From contig JBOZIK010000001.1 in the NCBI GenBank assembly GCA_051453625.1, positions 5,674,356-5,726,283 on the forward strand: a DNA stretch of 51,928 nt. Reading direction: 5' to 3'. Positions 39,111 to 51,928 of this stretch are shown in pieces (position 1 is the first letter of the stretch; each line of letters begins with the position of its first letter). The position numbers and the translations under genes are program-made. This DNA is from Welwitschia mirabilis (taxonomy: Eukaryota). The notes below the pieces were generated by a model. The model saw only the letters and a list, made by a program, of their open reading frames with translations, had not been told where the DNA came from and searched no databases.

Positions 39111-42100
39111 TCTTATATCTTAAACATGATAGAAGTAATTAACTTGGAAGATCTACTTTATAAGAAGGGGGATCCTCCCTTGGCCATCTACTAAATTCTT
39201 TCTTAGCTTTATTTCTTGATTTTAGTTATGAGACTACTTGATCATATTTAACTTGATTTATATTTGACTTTCATAAGTGTTACCATGATTAAGTAATTCT
39301 TTACTTTGGGTTTTCATGTAATAAAGATTATATTTAGCCAATCTTAAGATATTCCAATATCTACAATAAATCTCCTTGATTATTTTATGATAAAATATCA
39401 ATTATGTTAATTTAATGCTTATTTTCAGTCATATATTTTATTACCTCGTCATTTTAGTAATTAATCAATGCTATTAAAAATGAAAGTATAAGTCAATGGA
39501 AAAGAACAAAAGAAATGAAAATCAAGAGGGAAATATATATTTATATATATACGAGAAATAGAGAAATGAATTACACTATTGCAGTTATATCATGATGTAA
39601 TACCACAAGCATACTAGGGAAAATTTTCATAGAGGGGACCTTTGGCAGTACGATATGGTAGCTATGGAAACTTCATTAAAGGATTAGTTGGTCATGATCT
39701 AGCTTTGCCTTGTGAATTATTATTCTCTTGGCAGTGGTTGCACTTCCCTCATTATGATGAATGATGTTATTCAACACCCCATTGACTAAAAATTACCATT
39801 ACTTTAAGGCATAAAAGTTCATAAGGATATGAGTATATTGATCATTGAATGATATCTTATCAAAGTACTATGGTTTTCATAACTGAAGAGTGATTGAATT
39901 ATAGTCCAAACATGACTTGATACCTTACTAAACATAACCATTATATATTGTCATCATCACTACCCTTTCAAAGGGTACTCTATGGTGTGTTACAGTGAAT
40001 CATGCATTTCTATAACAATTAGCTTTCTAACCTTACTAAGACATTTTGCTAAGTTTAAATTTTATGTAAACAGTTAATCCTATTCATATTCTATCTTGTC
40101 CATTTTCCATTTCATTTTATCTTATTTTGTCGATTAGCCTTTTCAAAGTCATTTTTCTCATGTTTTTGAAAATAATGCTTAGTACTTCATCATTTTCTAG
40201 TTTACTTGTTACATTTTTTATTACTTAATTATTATGCATAAAGTCAAATTAACCTTTACCTTAACCATATTTTAGCATAATAGCATGATTCTCTTCTTTC
40301 CTTAATAATCTTTATTTTTGTAGCATTTCTTATCATTTAACCTTACAATCATGAGCTCTTACCTACTTTACCTTTTCTTCATGATTTATGCAACTGAAGA
40401 TGTCTTGATCATTTAGTTGATGGGATAGACATGTATATCACGTAATTTATAAGCCAAAACTCCTCACCTACCTTCACTTAACATAAATATATGTGATAAT
40501 GCTCCACTAATGATTGATAATATGCATCGATTTTACTTGTGATTTTTCATAGATCGGATGTATTTCATATGTTATACTCTTAATTTAAATGATATACATA
40601 TTTTAAGTTTTTTTTCTTAGTTGGTTCACAACTATTTATTTGCTTACTTTGTTAAGAACTGATAAATGCTAAGTGGATGGCTATGTTGTGAAGCCAAATT
40701 GATCTATTTAATACACTTGTGAAGTACATTTTTAAGTTCTATTAATAACTTTTTTAGAGATTTATGAAAATTATACAAAGCTTTGATACAAGTCAAAATA
40801 TGTAATAATTTCTAACACAAGAAGTTATTTTTACATGATGATGGACTAAAGCAACTTGATGAAGATAGTTTGATCATCCTTTATGTTATGGAAAGGACAT
40901 AAGAAACTACAATCAACATAGTATGTTCATCCCCTATGTCATGGGGACAATAGTCAAAATGAAAATAAGCATAAATTTAATAGTTAACAAATGTTAAGCA
41001 TTAGTTAGTAGAGGGAATGATCATCCTTTATGTTATGGGTACAACATGATGGACAATAGTTAATATCATTTGTAAAGTTAATTAAACTATTATGAAAATG
41101 TGGATTTAATTTGCACCTCTTTATTTCACATCTCTTAGAAACCTCTAATCATTCATCCAAACTTATAAATATATCCTTTTAGAACCTATTCAAAATCATC
41201 TTTTGTCATCTACATTCTTCTAATGATTGGAGATTGTTAGAAATACAGAAATCCATCCTACTTGTGAGAAGGACTACCTTAGTGTTAAGTAGTGAATCTT
41301 CCATTAAGAAGTTGTAGTTACAAGTGGATGTACTTCAATTTTAAAAATATCATCTTTTGTCATCTACATTTTTATGATAATTGGAAATTGTTGGAGGCAA
41401 GGATATCCATCCTACTTGTGAGATGGACTACCCTAGTATGAGATAAAGAACCTTCCATGCAGGAGTTGATATTGTAAGTGGACATAATTCAATTTTCTTA
41501 ATAAAAATATTGATTGAATTCAAACTATTTTTAAATTCTTTATTATTCTTCCTTATAGCTTATCTCAATTATAATTTAAGTGACAAAAATTAGTAATTAA
41601 AATAGGTTATAAGGACTAATCTAATGACAATAAATTAAACATTTCATTAATTAATTGCATTAGAGTTGCACCCATTTAACATTACATTGCATTTCATTTC
41701 ATTCCATTGCATTGAATTTCATCTTCATCTTTGTATTATTTAATTTTAATTACTATAAAGAAAAATCTAAAAATTATTATTTTCTTCCTTCTAAAGTAAC
41801 TTTTCATATTCTCTTTTAGAAGTATTCCGTAAGTGTAAAACACTTCGGTTGATTCCACTATATAAATATGTATTATTTGCAATTAGATTATTAAATTTTC
41901 AGATATTTCAAGTTAAATTTGATCTTTAGGATATTTTAATTAGAAGCATAAACATTTTATTTGTCATTAATATGAATTATAAGAACTAATATGAGTGATA
42001 TTAGATTGTTAAATTAGTTAATGTTCACATTTAGGTTGCATTAATTCAATTGCCTTACATTTTATTTTATTCCATTATCATCCATTGCATTCATTACATT

Positions 42101-43309
42101 CATATTTTATTCTTAATTAAATTTTTGATTTAAAGAAATTAGAAATTAAAAATCCTTTTCTCCTGTCTTTTAAATGATTTTTCTAATTCTTGTTTTACAA
42201 GTCTTCTCTATAGTATGATACTTTGGTTGATTTCACTATACAAGTATTTTTGTATAACCAAATATATATCTAATTTTAGGTTTTAAAGCAAAAATACACT
42301 AACAAAACTCAGATTTTTAAATCACAGTACACACCACAATATTTCGGTGCCATTGGTGAGGAAAACTTCAAGGAAATTAAAAAGTTGTCATTACTCAAAT
42401 AAGTATCTTTAATTTATTTAATTTTTTTTAAGTAGCATTGTAGCATATTCTCTTTGAATCTACTTGCTTCCACTTGATTATCTTTTAAGGTCTATAAATA
42501 ATTGTTTGATTATTCTCTTAGATGCACTTTAATTTCATTTCATTACAATTTTCTTTCATTGAAAAGTTTGTTTAATTTTTATGATTATTATATTTTGAGG
42601 AATTAATATTTCAAATCAATACTTTAAATTTTAAAGATCATTTTAATTATTAACATATTATATTTCTAAAATTATTATACATAGGCCTACTCTTTATTTT
42701 AAATAAGAGAGTGATACTTCTTAATTAGGTATGCTTCCTCATACTTCTTATTATCTTTGTAATTACCAAATTATTTTTTGTAAACTTAGCAAACTTCACA
42801 CTTCATGTAATCTAAGTGATTACCAAATCCACTTGGTTGAATCTACTTCTTATACCTTTGACTGATCCTATATATTATTTCCATGTCAGTACAAACAAGA
42901 TTGTTTAACATATGTTAACTATAAAGGAAAATGATAAATAAGTAAAAAGTTAAACACATAAGAGGGAAGAAACTTCTTGAAGAGACAACAAAAACAGTGT
43001 ATTGATTTTAATATAAGAACTTGATGTGAGAATGAAAATTTTATTTCTAAAATAGAACAAGATTCTTTTTCTACATTTACTATTTCTTATTCACTTTCTT
43101 CTAGAAATTTTGTTAATTTTAAAAATCAAGTAATTTTCAATTATGAAAATAAATTAATTTTCAATTCTTCACCAATAACTCCTTTACCCAAGTCTTTAAA
43201 TCCTAACATTTCAACTTTTAAACTAATTTTTACATCTAAAACTCCTTTAGAATCTTGTTATAAAAAACCTTCAAATAAAAAAATGTTAGGGGCCTCTAAT
43301 TCAAGAACT

Positions 43310-45020
43310 TCTAATACTATCATTACTTTTAGAAATCTATTGGAAAATAAAAAGAGATAACTTAAAAATCCTTTGACTTACTTACAAGTGATGATGTAGA
43401 GTTGAAAAACTTAAATGCATACCCTATATTTTTAGAATAACAAGAACCCTTTCTAACACATATTTTCATTTTTGAAAATGAAAAGAATAAAATTTCAGAT
43501 CACACCTATATGATCATTTCCCCTTTTACCCTTAGTAGGAAAGCAAAAAATTACTTGAAAATCATTCCATATAAAAACATTAAGAATAAAAAATAAGTTT
43601 AATAAGCCTTTATTAGGAGATTCATGAATGAAACAACTATGAAAAGGAGAGAATAGAGGGTCACTAACTTTCAAAAATACCCTCATGAGGATTATACTTA
43701 ATTTCTTTAATTTTAACCTAGTGAATGAATTTACAAAGGTCAAACTCATAAATCATTTTTGTAATGGATTAGATAGTGAAATAAAACAACTTAGAAACAT
43801 TTCATGTTGTGGAAATTTAGTCTAATTAACATTAAATGATGCTTGGAATTTGTTAAAATACCTAATCAAAGGAATTGAAACTTGACCTAAACCTTCACCT
43901 AAAGAAAAAAAACCATGGGTTAAATGCTTAAAGATTTGAAGAAGGTGCAACATAAAGAAGAATAACAAACTCTACCATCCTGATTAAATATTTTACTAGC
44001 ACTTTGGAGAGTCATACAAGATTATTAGTTAATGCTAAAATGATAATTCTAACTCCCTAATCTTTAACTTTTTTAAACCAAGGTAAAGTATGTGAAGAAA
44101 GCTCTTAGTCTACCAAGGAATATCCTATCCTATCAAGTTGTAAAGAAGTTATTTACAATAAAGTTTGTGAATTTAACCAAAGTTTAAATAACTTTTAAAG
44201 TAATTAATAATATATTTAAAGAAATAATAAACCTTCTTCATCATTTAAACCTTCATTTAAAAATAGATTTATAAGTAATAACTTTCAGCCCAACTTTTGC
44301 AACTATCATAGGAATGATTCGCTAAAAGAGTCTATGGAAGAATTGAAAAGGATGCAAGAAAATATCAATAAAAATCTATAAAGTTAAAATAAGAACTTGG
44401 AAAATTTAATTGTTACCTTTCAATGAACCATGTTAGGGAATCAAAAACCTCAAGAATCAGTTACCACCTAAACTATTTCAAACCTAATAATGAAAAGAAT
44501 GATTGAAAGGTAGTCATAAGAAATGGACATAACACTACTCCTTTTGAAGAAAATTCCACTTCTAACAATAAAGATAAAGAAGTAAATCATGAGGAAGATA
44601 TTAAAGTGCTTGATTAACAAAAATTGCCTTCAACATCTAACTAAAACCCATATCACAAAAAATGAATAAAATGGACACTACCCCATGGATGGATAGATTG
44701 AGTACCAATATAACTTAGGATAAATACTTAATCATGAATGATGTTAGTATCAACTTATCCTTTTATAAGATACTTCAAGATAATCTAAAACACAACAAAA
44801 TATGGAAGGAATTAGTGCAAAGGAAGCAAAAAGGACAATAATAAGTTAAGTTTTCATTACCCAATCTCTTTTCAACTTAGTTGTGTAAAAAGTGTCTTAA
44901 GTTTGAATACCTAAGGGCTACCACCATATGTGTTATTTTGGAGGAAAATAAAAAGATTAATAAATCCTTAATTAATACAAGAGAAAGTGTTAACATCACA
45001 ATCTTATACATTTATGAGAA
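43310..45020 (+). pseudogene. gag and truncated protease of element C
   Basis: SDDVELKNLNAYPIF, HFCNGLDSE, decayed knuckle GKVCEESS*STKEY, LINTRESVNI; colinear with D. Confidence 0.8.
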
Positions 45021-46889
45021 GTTAAAAGTACTTAACTTGGATTATCCCCTTGAGAATAAAGAGAATCTCCCCTTTGTTATCTTCTAAATGTTTTCTTAGC
45101 TCTATATCTTGGATTAAGTTATGATGCTACTAGATCATCTTTAACTTGATTCATGTTTAAATTCCATATGTCTCATCATGATTAATTTTTTGTTACCTTG
45201 GGCATTAAAATGAAAAGATTAGATTTAGCTAGTCTTCAAATATTTATTGCAGTGTATATTTGTGCAAACAATTACACTTAATAAGATCCTATTAGTTATA
45301 AATAAAATAGATATCTTGCACAACACAACTTACTAATATAAAAAAGAGTAGACCCAAATGTTATAATCCATCGAAGGTGTAGGCTAAAAGAAAGAGATAT
45401 AATTTAAGCAAGAAATACTTAAGTATTCTAGAAACAGAAGTAAATTACAATGCAGAAAAATACAATGCAATACACTTATGCAAAGTTAATCTAGAAAGAA
45501 AAAGGAATAATGCATCTAAAATAATAATGCTTAACCTTAACAAAAGTTTCCTTCATAACATATATCACTTAAGAAACTATCACTGAATCAAAAGTAACTA
45601 TGAGGAATAAGTAATAATAAACATAAAAAATGAAAAACAATTTTTTATATTAAAGTCAAACTATATTGTGTTGCAAAGTAGTCATACCTAGACAGAGGAA
45701 GCACAACCCAACACCAAGGAAGATGTCTCTTTGTAACTATTAAGGATGGATTTTTAGCTCTTCTATCTCCTATAACAAGAATTTCTATTTAAGCAAAGAC
45801 AAGATGGAGTTAAGTGTGAAATCAATACTTATTAATAATAAACACACAAATAACAAAATAGAAAAATAGGCATGGGAAAAACCCTAATAGCTATTTAAGA
45901 GACATACAAATAAACGACAAAATTTAGATGAATGTTCAGTGTAATATTATAATAGATGTTATCTTATTGGTCATCCGAATAATACAACGGATGATGCCAC
46001 CTCATAAGTATTCCATGTCATCTACTAAATTGATCATAGTTAGCATCCTCATTAACTTCAAGTGTTTTGTTGTTTGTACTTTTGTCTAGATGATGAGGTG
46101 GATGATAGGATTTTTACAAGTGTTTATCTGATGCATCATTCTCAATGTTTGCAAAAAATCTATCTCAAAAATAGAAAGTACTATAAACTACTCTAAATGT
46201 TGAAAAATGTCATGGAAATTACATGTTTTTGTATCTTTCATTTCAACTCTTCTTTATTGTGAAAATCTAATGTAAATCTATTTAATATCCTATAAAACTA
46301 CTTAAAATACCCTATTAAATATATGCAATTTGGTAGCATAACATAGTATCCCACTTAGCCTTATTAGTTCCTCACAAAAGTAGGCAATAAACCATGATTG
46401 CAAGTCAACTTATTAACTAATAAAAATAGCTAAGGTACTAAAAGGATTATCTCAGAAAAAAAATTCAAAAATTTCAGAGATATAAACTAAATTATAAAAA
46501 ATTAGAAAACTAAACATTTTACCTAGATGAGTAACTGGTTATACTGTCATCTAGATTATTATCTAGAGGATGTGAGGAATGACAAGCTGAAAAAATGGTC
46601 TTGAAAAATAAGAAGCTATGATAGAATTTTGTTTCAAATAAATAATCAATTAATGCATTTATAATTAAAAGCTCCTATTGAAATATACAGTAATTACTAT
46701 AGATATTACCTAAATAAAATCAATTCTCATCATAACATGTGAAAAAAGAAAATAATTATAAAAATTAGATTAAAAACATTTCATCATGCGAAACTGAAAA
46801 AATGATATGTATATATAACAATGAGTTTCAGTACAAAAATACATAAAAGGAGAGATACAAAATATGACAAAATCACTTCACTCATCATT

Positions 46890-48158
46890 ACATGATAAAC
46901 TTAGTCTAGGAAGCTAGCTTAGTTATAGGGCTAGAAGAAGGAGGATGCTTAGGATCAGTAAAGAAATAGAGATCTAATGATGTAGAAATAGAATAAATCT
47001 TCTCATCTACCTAAACATGAACAGCCTCTAAAATGTCTATCATAACTCTCTACTAAATGGAGACAATATGCTAGTGCACATCAACAATTTGGTCCCTAAA
47101 GTATTGGACTCTTTTTTCAACTATTAGGATACTATACTTCAATATATGAGCTCTTTAATCTAGAGCTTGAATCTGTTAGTTTAATGTCTAGATACCATAA
47201 TCCATGAAATCTCTAATGGTCTTGGTGATCTCCATCAGGATAACCTATATCCACTTAAGTATAACACCAACTACAAGTATTTATACTTGAGGTTACTTTA
47301 TCTCTCCTAGTATCTAAATATCCATTTCCTATAAATAGTGAGTGAAAGTTTATATATGAGAAAGATACTACTTGCAATGAGCTCTAGTACTCCAAATAGA
47401 TTAAGTAAAGTAAGAGAAGGCATGGATAACCCAAACTTTATAAGTATCATACCTCTACCACCAACTTGAGTCTCCTCCAAATAAAGGTTAGTAAATCCAT
47501 CTACTCTCCCTATTGAAAGCTATCAAAATCTATAAATATGAAACTATAGTGTATCTGTCATGACATGATGGACTAATTTTATAGATCAGCTCTCTATTAA
47601 GTACTCTATATGTGGAGTTCAACTATGTGATAAGAATTCCCCACCTATCTGTCATCAAATTAGCTGAAATATCTAATGTAGTGTCATATGAATGACACTT
47701 ATCAGTTCCTTCAGCTGAATAAATATGTAAACTCCTAAGCCCATCTAGACCTGTGACTACTGTGATGTAGGAAAGAAGTATGGCAACATCACGGTCCCAA
47801 AATTATGCTACAGTTATATTAACTAGGTGACCATGAGAATCTGCATGACATTCTATATGCATGATGTTATAGAACTCTCTCATCTCTGATATATAATATG
47901 AATCATGCACATTTAATAACTCATTGGAGCTATAGATCTGAAAGCCTATAGTTAAGATCAGGCTCTATCCTACTCATAAAATCTTTAAAATGATGCCTAA
48001 CATAGATAGTATCTATTTGAATTATCAAAGAACATTCATATCAAGGTGAAGGATGTACTAGCTTTGCATGCTCAACCTCTAGTAGTACTAAAGGGCCCAT
48101 CTTCTATACTATATCCTTGATCTTAATCTTAACCTATCTAAATCTATGTTTATAAGGC
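46890..48158 (-). pseudogene. 3' extra ORF of A2
   Basis: Homologous to 22882-24130, including the REFY-encoding segment. Confidence 0.65.
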
Positions 48159-50399
48159 CTACTTAATCAAAAACATACAAAAAGTGTCATGCGAGATCAA
48201 ATAGACACATTAAATACATCACATGAATGTGTAATAAATACTCCTAAATTCAATTAAAAATAAGAAAAATGATGAAAATACATCTTACCTTCACCCTAAA
48301 AGTGTCAATACATTTCATATTTCCTAATCATGATAAGAAAAATGTGAAACATGTGAAAAGTAAAAAAGCAGTTTTTTAAGTGGTTCCCATATATGGTGAA
48401 AATTTAAAGTGGTCAAATGAAAAAACTAATCAGTAGAATTGTAGAACACATTTAACTAATCAATTTTGCTTAAAGGACCATGATGTTTTAACTTATGGTT
48501 TGTGAGAAATCAAGTGTAAAAGATGGAAATTTAAAATTTTCTCATAAAATGCACAACTAATTATAACTTTGAAAATACGTAGTGAAAATTAAATCTATAA
48601 GTCCCCAATTGAAAAGTGCAAAAAACTGATAAACATACATGAAAACTATGTATTAAAAGGTTGAATAATAAAAGAAAAATTGAAAAATAAGAGAGAGAAA
48701 AAAACATACCTCATTTTAACAAGTTCACTGAAAACTTTAAAATCTTAATGGGGAGTTAAGTGGAACAAAATCCAAGGTGCTAGAAAGATTCTAAGGTGTT
48801 GTCATCTCTTAAAATAATGGGAAAAAATAATGAGAAAATAAAGAAAAAGGAGAAAAAGATTTTGGGTTGTGGTTTGTCACACTATCATTTGGTCATGTAG
48901 TTTGGACAATAGCCATAGGACTACTCTCATAAAAAATCATACTATCATCCACCTACATCATCTAGACGGCTAGGTGAATGATCAAATCATGAAAAGTTTT
49001 TATGAAAATAAAGATAACAATAAAGAAATTTATGCTTAGATATGATCATCAAAGTATCATATTTTATCAGAAAGCTCATAAAAATAGGAAATGGAAAATA
49101 AAATCATGAAAAATCAAGATGAAGTATAAAAACTTAAAATAAAAGAAAACTATGGCTTAAAAAAATTAATTATACTAAAATCTAATAATAAAAACTAAAT
49201 AAATGTGCCTGAACTAAAAATAAAATAAGATAAAGCATAGAACTCCAAAAGGTATAAGAAATCTTATAAAAGTTATGAAATGTAAAAGCTGTTCCGATTA
49301 ATTAAAATGCTAACTAATAATGATATTATAGGAACAAATAGTAAGGAAACTACTGAATAATAAGGTCTTATGTAAAGATTAGAAAATATGGAAACAACTT
49401 TAAAATAATAAATTAAAAAACCAAAAAAAAAGTAGAACAAAAGCAGACACAAGGAACAAGAAGAAGATTACTTACCTATCCTAAATTCCAACCTAATAAA
49501 CCCCTAAAGAAGATATCATAAAGTCACCTAAGTAAAATGTATAACAAAATCTATAAGCTCTATAAAGTTCCACTCAAAAAGGCAATTATTACGATGATAC
49601 CAAAACTCAAGTGCTTAGAATAATGAATGACAAGAACAAAAGCTACTCAGAATAGAACTCACCTACTCACACCTCACAAACACACCTAAATCTTTAAAGG
49701 TAAAATGGCCATATGGAAATACTAAAAGTAAAAAAATAATAAATGACTCTGATGACACCAAAAACAATATCTATCGCATAGCCTCAAAGTTTATTATAAC
49801 TTTTTTCATGGTAAGTGGAGTGTAATCATAGTTAAAGAAGTAAGGAATTATGAGGTATGACTAACTAACCTCCTAGTGGACTTCCCATAGCTACCAATAC
49901 TATCAAAGATTCCTTTCAAAAAACTTTATCCTAGTGTGATAGAACATCATAATGATCATGTATTTTTATTTTAAGCATAAAATACAATAGATCATGATTT
50001 TTTTTAATTTTTTTGATGAAAAATTCTTGTATGGTTCAAAAATATGAAGGTAAACAAATGAGATGGAAAAAAAAACACTTCTAAATAACCAAAGATCTTA
50101 TACCATTGATAAAAAACATAATAACTAAGGCATCTTCCTTTAAAGTCAAGTCCATAAACATGGGAATGTTTTAAGATTGGGTGAATATAATCTTACCACT
50201 ATAAAATACCCAAGTAAAAATACTAGTCATAAAAATCTTCATAAAGCAACACATAAGTCAAGCTTAAAAGATGATCAATCGATATCATAACATTCATCAA
50301 AGGAATAAGCTAAAAAATAATTCATACAATGATAAGATGGAAGTTCTCCTCATCAAGGAGAACCTCCAAAACAAGTTCTTCTACCATGTTCATAGTTGT

Positions 50400-51928
50400 A
50401 TCAAAAGATCCTTTATGTAGTTTCAATCATTTTCCATTAACTTTTTGAATCTTTGTAGTCTCTAAGTTAGAAATCTTAATAGAGATATTAAAATTTACTC
50501 TCTCTATAAGATAGATATCTAACCATTTATAAATCAACTTGTTATTCAAAATATGTACTATAGTAATGTATAAACGAACAAGTTGATAAGGTTCAAACTT
50601 TTTATGAAGTAACTTTTTATCATGTTTGAACTTAGCTTGGGCTTTATGAATTAATTGATGATGTATAGCATGAGTACATTTTTTATTAAGGTGATCTAAC
50701 TGGGTTAATCTATATTTCATATTTTCATAAAGGTTTACAAAATTAAGTTGATGAGAAGCATGATAAGAGTTATAGTACATATTAATAGGTAAAACACAAA
50801 CTTTTCCATACATAAGTTCATAACGTAAAAAACCAACAGAATTATGCCAAGTAGTACAGTAAGCCCAAAGAACATTGTTAAGCTTAGAAGATGAAGATTT
50901 ATTATTAATAAAGATAAGTTTTTTCAACATTTTCTTAATTTCTTTATTGGCATTTTAGCCTGTTCATTGGTCTAAGAATGATAAGCATAAGCTACTCTAT
51001 GTTCTATTCCAATAAATAAAATAAGTTTTCTAAAAAGCTAATTAATAAAATGAGTTTCTTAATTATTAATGATAATCCTAGGAAAATCAAACCTCTAAAA
51101 AAAAATGAGCTCTAAAAAAATGACAAACAGTTCGAGCATCATTCAAAAAAATAGAAATAGCTTCAATCCATTTAGTAACATAATCTATAGTCACTAAAAT
51201 GTAATATTTATTATGAAATAATGGGTGAATAGNNNNNNNNNNAAAATTAACTACCCAATAATAAAAAGTTTCACATTCAAGAATAGATCTAAGGGCATAT
51301 CCCAAGCATGAATAAGGCTATCATAAGACTAACAAGGATTACACCTTCTAGCAAAATCAAAATAATCCTAAAAAAGAGTAGGCCAATAAAAACTAGAATG
51401 AAAAATTTTTATAGTCATTTTCTATATACTAAAATAACCACTACAAATAACATCATGAAAATGATAAAGAATTTTATATTTTTCCTAATTAGGCATATAT
51501 TTTTAGATAATTTGATCTTTACACCACTGATACGAATGTGTCTCTATCCACTCATAGTCACCTATTCTATGGAGAAAAGACTTTCATTGATTATAAGTCC
51601 AATGTTATGGTGTTTTTAGGGTAACAAGGTAATTAAAAATATTAGCATACCAAGGACAAGGATGAGTAGAAGATAAAAAGAATCATCAATAACAAAATCA
51701 TCAAGAGGAAAAGAAAGATGAGACAAATGATCAGCAATACAATTATACTTTCCTACTTTATCAATGATGGTTCAGTTAAATTCTTGCATAAGGAGGATCC
51801 ATTTAATTAATTTAGCACTAGAATCTTTCTTAGTCATTAGGTAATGAATCATAGCATAGTCAGTATAAACATTTATATGAGATCTTAAAAGATAATGTCT
51901 AAGCATATCAAGGCAAAAGATGATTGCT
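50400..51928 (-). pseudogene. RNase H-integrase of A2
   Basis: YILVTIDYVTKWIEAI, VLWAYCTT..YGKVCVLP, KKFEPYQLV..KVNGK in the ORF track. Confidence 0.92.

Larger units (their letters stand above)
32902..41953 (+). mobile_element. Athila-like element D with two LTRs (32902-34190, 40684-~41953), gag-protease, RT/RNaseH/INT core deleted
   Basis: Two colinear ~1.3-kb LTRs sharing an internal ~160-bp tandem duplication; PBS at 34194; PPT-like aagtggatggcta before 40684. Confidence 0.8.
31886..45244 (+). mobile_element. Athila-like element C (5' LTR 31886-32901 + ~41954-42341, PBS, gag-partial protease), interrupted by D and by A2
   Basis: LTR ends TATTGTGG...CCACAATA form an inverted pair; LTR sequence resumes after D; gag homologous to D gag. 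Confidence 0.7.
45245..51928 (-). mobile_element. Athila-like element A2 (same family as A1), inserted into C; 3' LTR 45245-46343
   Basis: Reverse complement is colinear with A1 from RNase H to the LTR end. Confidence 0.88.

Overview
Very AT-rich, CpG-depleted land-plant genomic DNA with many N gaps and no intact protein-coding gene. It is a nested stack of decayed transposons. Two diverged copies of one Athila-like Ty3/gypsy family converge from the window ends (A1 1-25896 +, A2 45245-51928 -). The A1 integrase is split by an 18-kb non-autonomous CACTA element (1382-19471, AGA TSD). That element carries an intron-containing HMG-CoA reductase pseudogene, copia remnants, a sharply bounded ~190-bp CpG-rich island, and a second CACTA of the same family in opposite orientation (9135-18435, AAT TSD). 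Three more Athila-like elements (B, C, D) are nested in each other's LTRs between 26.7 and 45.2 kb; C and D have lost most of pol. Both A copies keep a decayed 3' extra ORF with a coiled-coil, preceded by conserved splice sites. All homology calls come from manual translation and recalled family motifs, not database searches.
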